From Saccharolobus solfataricus P2 (GTDB lineage Archaea > Thermoproteota > Thermoprotei_A > Sulfolobales > Sulfolobaceae), in assembly GCF_000007005.1 (NCBI RefSeq), contig NC_002754.1: 64,000 nt of DNA, one strand, 5' to 3'. The position numbers and the translations under genes were made by a program. Shown here in pieces: positions 57,904 through 64,000 of the stretch. Each line of letters begins with the position of its first letter. Position 1 is the first letter of the stretch. Under the pieces are notes generated by a model, which searched no databases, was not told the origin of the DNA, and saw only the letters and a list, made by a program, of their open reading frames with translations.

Positions 57904-59847
57904 ATGGGTGAAAGAGAAGCCAAAGGAGCAAGAGATTTAGGTATTTCTTCAGATAAACAATTAAGGAGAAGCTTAGGAAAATTTGAGCTATTATACCTCT
58001 CATTAGGAGGAATTATAGGATCTGGATGGTTATTTGCATCTTTAAGTACAGCAGCTTATGCTGGCGGTGCAGCTATATTGAGCTGGATAATTGCTGGAAT
58101 TTTAGTAATGTTTGTGGGTTTAGCTTATGCTGAAATAGGTGCAGCAATTCCAAAAAGTGGTGGAATAACAAGATATCCGCATTATACTCACGGAGGGCTA
58201 GTAGGGTATATAATTACTTGGGCTTATTTCCTTTCCGCTGCATCAGTGCCAGCTATTGAGGCAGCAGCAGCAATAGAATATATAGGATCTTATTACCCTC
58301 AGCTAATAACTTCTGGAACTTTTGATGGAACTACCGTAACAATTTTGACACCATTAGGCATAGGATTAGCTGGTCTATTGTTAATTTTCTTCTTCTTTTT
58401 AAATTACTTCGGAGTTAACATTTTAGGAAAAGTGACTCATGGTGCAGGTTGGTGGAAATTATTGGTGCCAACAATAACTTTTTTAGCATTATTAGCGTTG
58501 GACCTGCACTCAGCTAACTTTACATTAGGTGGAGGTTTCTTCCCATCTGCACAATATGTAAAAGGAGGTTCCTCTGGAATTTATGGTTTTAGTGCAGTTC
58601 TCTTTGCTATTCCTTCTACCGGAGTAATTTTCGCTTATCTAGGATTTAGACAAGCAGTAGAATATGGGGGTGAAGGTAAAAATCCCAGTAAAGATATACC
58701 ATTTGCGGTGTTAGGTTCATTACTTATAGCTATTGCGTTATATACGTTACTTCAAGTTAGCTTTATAGGAGGAATAGATTGGAGCAAATTATATCTTGTT
58801 AATAAGACTACTGGTATATTAATCCCCGTTGTACCAGGGAATTGGTCAGCATTAAGTACAGCAGTCACAGCATCTAACGTCTCAATATCTTCTGGCCCAT
58901 TCTTAGTTCTAACTCAGATTGCCCCAGTCTCTGGTCTAGCTGCAGCGTTTTTCACGGCTTTAGCGGTTTTATTAACTATTGATGCTGTAGTTTCACCATC
59001 CGGAACTGGATGGATTTATACTGGAACTTCAACTAGAACACTATACGCATTTGCTAGTAATGGTTATTTACCAGAAATTTTCTTAAAGATTGGAAAGACT
59101 AAAATACCAACTTATTCACTAATTGCAGCATTAATAGTAGGTTTCATATTCTTACTACCATTTCCATCGTGGTATGCTTTAGTAGGTTTCATATCTTCAG
59201 CGACAGTATTAACTTACATTATGGGCGGAATTGGATTAGCAGTCTTAAGAAAACACGCTAAGGAATTAAATAGACCATTTAGAGTACCCGCATCAGTAAT
59301 AATTGCACCAATAGCAACACTAGCAGCTGGTTTAATAGTTTACTGGTCAAGTTTTGCTATTCTCTTTTACGTATTTACTGGAATATTCTTAGGTCTTCCA
59401 TTATTCTTTATATTCTATTCCAATAGAATATTAGGGATAAATAAGGCATATTCAATAGTTGTTGGCGTTATTAACTTAGTAATAGATCTAGTAATGGCAT
59501 TCTTGTTATTTGATGAGACTAGCGGACTTGGTGCTGCTAACAATCTCTTCTTCGGAATTTATATAGTAGTTATTGCAGCTATGCTAATTGGCGATATGTT
59601 ATTCTTGCTGAAAACTGTACCTCCAGATGTTAAGAGAGAAATTAATGCCGGATGGTGGTTAATTTACTTTATCTTAGCAATTTACATAATATCATATTTT
59701 GGAGGATTTGGGCTATATACTATAATACCATTTCCATATGATACTATAGTTGCTGCTATTGTAATACTCATTGGATACTTCTGGGCTATAAGAAGTGGTT
59801 TCAGAACTCAAGCAATTCAAGATATAATTCAGGCAACTAGAGAATAA
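57904..59847 (+). CDS. APC-family amino acid permease
   Basis: GGIIGSGWLF, AYAEIG, AYLGFRQ, GEGKNP. Confidence 0.92.
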   Translation: MGEREAKGARDLGISSDKQLRRSLGKFELLYLSLGGIIGSGWLFASLSTAAYAGGAAILSWIIAGILVMFVGLAYAEIGAAIPKSGGITRYPHYTHGGLVGYIITWAYFLSAASVPAIEAAAAIEYIGSYYPQLITSGTFDGTTVTILTPLGIGLAGLLLIFFFFLNYFGVNILGKVTHGAGWWKLLVPTITFLALLALDLHSANFTLGGGFFPSAQYVKGGSSGIYGFSAVLFAIPSTGVIFAYLGFRQAVEYGGEGKNPSKDIPFAVLGSLLIAIALYTLLQVSFIGGIDWSKLYLVNKTTGILIPVVPGNWSALSTAVTASNVSISSGPFLVLTQIAPVSGLAAAFFTALAVLLTIDAVVSPSGTGWIYTGTSTRTLYAFASNGYLPEIFLKIGKTKIPTYSLIAALIVGFIFLLPFPSWYALVGFISSATVLTYIMGGIGLAVLRKHAKELNRPFRVPASVIIAPIATLAAGLIVYWSSFAILFYVFTGIFLGLPLFFIFYSNRILGINKAYSIVVGVINLVIDLVMAFLLFDETSGLGAANNLFFGIYIVVIAAMLIGDMLFLLKTVPPDVKREINAGWWLIYFILAIYIISYFGGFGLYTIIPFPYDTIVAAIVILIGYFWAIRSGFRTQAIQDIIQATRE

Positions 59848-60013
59848 AGTAGTTAGATAATCAAGCAGTATAAAATATTTTTTAAGTTATAATTCTTTAT
59901 TTATTTTTAAATTATAGGGGCGTTCAGTAATAAATCTTTCGGTCGAATTTTGAGCATAGTGTAAGTTACAATTGCCACGCAAATTGAAAGAGATCCGCGT
60001 GGCGATTAGGGTG

Positions 60014-60970
60014 TCACTTTACCTCATAAGGTTTATTATTGTACCAAACACTCCACACTATCCTAGCCAACTTCCTAGCTAAGGCAGTGTACAACTTCTT
60101 ACCCTTCAGTTTGTCCTTGTGGGTTTCGTAGAACTTAAGGAGAGTTGGGTTACGCGAATATTGAGTCTCGGCAAGGAAATAAAACAAGCTACGCAAATAC
60201 TTGTTACCCCTCTTGGAGATACCCTTTCTAACCTCAATCCTACCACTCCTCTCAACCACCGGGTCTAAACCGCAATAAGCAACGAAGGATTCAGGTCTTG
60301 GGAAGCGCCTAATATCACCCACAATCCCAATTATAATCCCAGCTGCCAGTTTCCCTATTCCGGGAATCGTGAGTAACACGTGGTCTTGAGGCACATTACT
60401 CTCTATCATTTTCCCCACCTCCTTCAACTCTTCTCGTGTTTGAAGTAGTATCCTAGCTAGGACTTGAATCTCACGTAGTACTGTACCAGTGTATTCCAGT
60501 TGATACAGTTTTACGTCAGAGAAGTCTCCCTTAGAGAACTTCTCCAATCTCTCCTCGCTCAACTTCTCCTCGTCGTTCACGAGGAAGAGAGCTCTCCTTA
60601 ACCTGTTCTCTTGTTTTGTTTGGGCATCCTTCATGAAGAGGTAGAGTGATACGAGCTCTCTCAAGGGGTTGTAGGTGTCTTTAGTCTTATTTACCATGTT
60701 TTCAAGTTTTTCTGCGTCGTAAAAATCTTTTTCCCCTTACATCCTTTTCTTTCCATAGCAAGACTGACTAATAGGACTTTCACTCCTTGAAGTATTGGCA
60801 AGGTCTTGTTGAGTATACTCCAGGGGGTTCTATCACAGTGATGTCTGGCTTCATGGTTAGTATTTCTTCGTAGCTCTTCTCGTTGTTCGTGAATTTCCTC
60901 ACCCTCCCCTTACTTGTTACCAAGTGTTCCTTGGATACGTCTATTCCAATTACCCCTACTCTTGTGTCAC
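60014..60970 (-). pseudogene. IS110-family transposase, frameshifted in the N-terminal third
   Basis: Broken N-terminus GIDVSK..IEPPG..KDFYDA; intact C-terminus LLTIPGIG..FVAYCGLDPVVERSG..ISKRGNKYLR..ARKLARI. Confidence 0.88.
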
Positions 60971-61425
60971 ACCTATATTAGTGAACGATGTTCAGTCCGA
61001 CGGTAGCTTCCGGTATAAAAATCTTTCCGTTAGTATTTTGGAAAAGTTCTTAGACTATGATCTAGTGGTATATCCTTTGCCTAAAGCTATAAACTTTCTG
61101 AAAGCACTAGTGAAAATCAAGCATAGTCCTCACTACTTATGCAAGGATAACTCTACTTATCACTCGTTAGCGTTGAATGATTTGTTATAGTACAGTACGG
61201 CCCAAGTAATAACAGCTAGCACAAGCAACAATCAACTTCTTACCCTTCAACTTCCCCTTGTGCCCCTCATAAAAACGCCTAATTACGGGGTTAACTCTAA
61301 TAGCACTTAGAGTTAGAAGATAGAAAGCCCTCCTCAAAACAGCATCTCCTAGAAATACCCCTTGAAACAACACTCTTACTGCTAGACTTAACAACTGGAT
61401 CAAGATCACAATAGGGGTTTGGGCT

Positions 61426-62694
61426 TCATAGGATTTCATGATATTTAATATCAACCCTCAGCCCTTGGGCTTCACCGAAGTCGCGGACGTTCATCCCTCT
61501 CCGCCCCATTAGCGGGATAACCCCAACCCACACCCGCGCTATTTCACGGATGTGAGGAAAACCGCACATCTTGAGATAAATATTCAGTGACGCGTTCAGT
61601 TGCCTATCCAACTTGAACCCACACCTCTCACACTCAAAGGTCTTACCAACCTTTCGGGATACAAACCCACATCTGGGGCAAGACCTCGAGGTGAGGTGTG
61701 GGTTCACTTCCTTAACGAAAGAACCGTAAAGCGGAGCCTTGTACTTCAACACTCTATGTATACTCCTCCAAACAGTCCTAGAAATCTTCCTCGAAAGAGA
61801 GCCATTAGCATCCTTAAACATACTCTCTTTGTTAAGCTTTTCCACAGCGAAAAACGTCATGGGGTACAAGTCCAACAAAGTGTTTACAAACTTGTGAACG
61901 AAGTCCAGAACGCGATTCCTCTCCCTATGCGAATACTTCCTTAACAACTCTCTCCCCCTCTTCGTGTGCTTTGATGCAAATGATTGCACCTTAGCCCTCT
62001 TCACCTCCATAGAGTACTTAAGGGAGTACAACTGCTTCAGAGAGATTGTAACGAATTTCTCACCATCATAAGCATCTAGAGTATAAAGGTTGGAGTCAAT
62101 AGCTAGAAAGTTCACTGGTGTTACCCACGGTAACTTGTAACGAAATGGCAAATACACTTTCTCCTCCTTAATTATAGGTTCGCCAAGTTCCAACTCCCTA
62201 ACCCTTCTTGAGAACCATGACTTACTCCACGGGAAGGTGATGTACTCGTGAGGTCTTACAGTTATTCTAACGCTTTCCCCCACAACCTTCCTCAGAGTCG
62301 TCTTTATCCTAACGTAAGCCTTCTTCACCCTTGGTTTTTCAATCGAAGCTCTCCCCTTTATGGCCCTTTTCCTCCACGACTTCAAGATCGAGAATGCGTC
62401 ATTAATTGCCTTATCGACGTAGTGTGACGCGAGGTGGTTGATCTTCTCCAACTCTTCCCTAAGTGGTTTGTACACTTCCTTCTTCTTCGGTAGTGTTATC
62501 TTGTAATTACCGTTCTTTTTTCTTACTTGTATTTTCGTTAAATTCCACAGGTAGTCAATTGCTTTCTGTAGTAGTGTTCTGTATTCTTTAATTAACTCTT
62601 TGCTCTTCTCCCTCTCACTATTCTTGATAGAGTACGTGAAGTGCACGTATTCCTCTTCCGGTTCAAATTTTCTAATTCTTAAGTTCTTCAGCAC
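61426..62694 (-). CDS. tnpB: TnpB RNA-guided nuclease homolog
   Basis: RuvC-I LAIDSN, RuvC-II FAVEKL, zinc finger CPRC..CERC, RuvC-III LDRQLNAS. Confidence 0.92.
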   Translation of the reverse strand: MLKNLRIRKFEPEEEYVHFTYSIKNSEREKSKELIKEYRTLLQKAIDYLWNLTKIQVRKKNGNYKITLPKKKEVYKPLREELEKINHLASHYVDKAINDAFSILKSWRKRAIKGRASIEKPRVKKAYVRIKTTLRKVVGESVRITVRPHEYITFPWSKSWFSRRVRELELGEPIIKEEKVYLPFRYKLPWVTPVNFLAIDSNLYTLDAYDGEKFVTISLKQLYSLKYSMEVKRAKVQSFASKHTKRGRELLRKYSHRERNRVLDFVHKFVNTLLDLYPMTFFAVEKLNKESMFKDANGSLSRKISRTVWRSIHRVLKYKAPLYGSFVKEVNPHLTSRSCPRCGFVSRKVGKTFECERCGFKLDRQLNASLNIYLKMCGFPHIREIARVWVGVIPLMGRRGMNVRDFGEAQGLRVDIKYHEIL

Positions 62695-63253
62695 ATTTCT
62701 TCACCTTTTCGTATTTATGACTCCTCATACCATACAGTTTCCCACTGAATGAGACTAGTGTTGAGACTAAGTCTTCAACCAATTCTTCTGGTGTCTTGTC
62801 CTCTTGGTTTATTACTACTATTTCACAGCCATGTGCTTTATAAGTCTCCTCTAGGATTTCGAAGCCGAATCTAACAAGTTTGTCTGGGTAAGCAACAACT
62901 ACGCGTGATACTTCGTTATTTAATATCATTCTCAACAACTTCAAGAACCCCTTTCTCTTCATGTTTAACTTGGAACCTATGTCAGTGATTACTTGGTCGT
63001 ACTCCTTGACCTGTTCCTCTAGGTACTTAACTTGGTTTACTAGATCGTCTTTTTGTGTGTTTGATGATACTCTAGCGTAAAGTATTACTTTTCTTTTTCT
63101 AATAATTCCCATTAGCCTCTCTATGTCTTCTTCTCTGAATCTTTGTTTTCCGCTCTGTAGTATAACTGGTTTTATGTATCCTTTCTTAACGTATTCTCTA
63201 AGTGTTGCATAGGATATTCCTAGTCTTTGGCATGCTTCCTTAGGTCTTAGCGT
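62672..63253 (-). CDS. tnpA: IS607 serine transposase TnpA; start codon position reads ACG
   Basis: (ACG)LRPKEACQRLGISYATLREY (MerR-like HTH) is in frame with YARVSS..QKDDL and YPDKLVRFGF. Confidence 0.85.
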   Translation of the reverse strand, partial: TLRPKEACQRLGISYATLREYVKKGYIKPVILQSGKQRFREEDIERLMGIIRKRKVILYARVSSNTQKDDLVNQVKYLEEQVKEYDQVITDIGSKLNMKRKGFLKLLRMILNNEVSRVVVAYPDKLVRFGFEILEETYKAHGCEIVVINQEDKTPEELVEDLVSTLVSFSGKLYGMRSHKYEKVKKCAEELKN

Positions 63254-64000
63254 TGTATAAGAGTTTGTGGCAAAATAATATAAACTTTACGGTTTATCTG
63301 AAACTGTTGGCAACGGCAACAAACCCCTTCTTATCACTAAATCGCCCAACATCACCAATCCTAGCCAAAATAATAGAACCCAAGGTTTTACCAATACTGG
63401 GAATAGTGAAAATCAAACTATCCTTGGGAACAAGATCCTCAAGCCTCTCCTCAATCTCCCTCTTCCTACCCTCAAGCCTCTCCAACTCGTCCAAAAGAAA
63501 CCTCAGCTAGAACCACACTATCCTCACTCTTCTCACTTAAATTCCTCCTAGACAAACTATCACTATAACCCAAGAGAATTAAATCCCTCCTCAACCTATT
63601 CTTAACCCTAGTAATACTCTTCACTACAAACTCCCATTGGCTAGTCAACTCTCTAGCATCACTCGTTATAAACTGACTACCCATATTAACAGCTAATTCC
63701 GCAAGTTTTTATCACTCTTATCATTCTTCTTCCCCCTGAAACCCTTGATTACTAAGGGATTAATAACCCTAACATCATAACACAAGTACTTAGCTTAAGT
63801 TAATATGGTAAATTCCAGTACTCTCAATACCCACTTTACAACCCTTAGGCAAGACTTGCTTTACTCCCTCAAAACCTTGCTTATTATTTTGAAATTCGTA
63901 GTATTTACCTTGGAAGTACACTACTAATTTATCTTTTGATATATCTATTCCAGCAACTGGGGCCTCCATGTATACTCACCCTTATTCGGGCTTCAAACCC

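Larger units (their letters stand above)
61414..63316 (-). mobile_element. IS607-family element (ISC1904-like, ~1.9 kb)
   Basis: Splits IS110 codons FVA|YC; a GG dinucleotide (+ strand) at both junctions (61414-15, 63315-16); carries tnpA and tnpB. Confidence 0.92.
61185..63969 (-). pseudogene. Second IS110-family transposase (ISC1229-like), frameshifted and interrupted by IS607
   Basis: Starts at 63969 (MEAPVAGIDISKDKL..GIESTG); ..TIPSIGKTLG..KGFVA | insertion | YCDLDPVVKSS..GDAVLRRAFY..KKLIVACA. Confidence 0.88.

Noticed and set aside
60924-61190. 88-aa plus-strand ORF
   Set aside because: Antisense across IS110 ends and non-coding tails; no protein features.

Overview
Chromosomal window from a Sulfolobales crenarchaeon, most likely Saccharolobus (Sulfolobus) solfataricus or a close relative. 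This is inferred from the rRNA sequences, the rRNA promoter and the PCNA2-priS-gins15 block; no database search was run. Left to right: an FAD oxidoreductase and a pyruvate-oxidase-like gene; IS debris and a probable dual-guide C/D sRNA; the 16S-23S rRNA operon with BHB processing stems; a NiCoT transporter and a rhodanese; a six-gene hyf/hyc-like membrane complex whose large subunit lacks both Ni-binding CxxC motifs (Ehr type) and whose leader holds a complete fluoride (crcB) riboswitch with an apparent translational expression platform; an FdhF-like molybdoenzyme and a Mo/W-type ABC binding protein plus permease; a Kelch-FN3 surface protein; a decayed ~3.7 kb SSV-type integrated element at tRNA-Pro carrying a secreted-protein/ABC cargo; a housekeeping block (cca, thpR, rnz, trm11, prs, GPN GTPase, PCNA2, priS, gins15, rpl44e, rps27e, aIF2a, nop10, aglB); tRNA-Ile, amt, tRNA-Ala with an immediately downstream C/D sRNA; a frameshifted lipoate ligase beside a GcvH/LbpA-like protein; purE/purK; an amino-acid permease; and an IS nest in which a ~1.9 kb IS607 (ISC1904-like, tnpA+tnpB) sits inside an IS110 transposase next to a second IS110. 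No CRISPR array was seen. RNA ends and several start codons are estimates made by eye.
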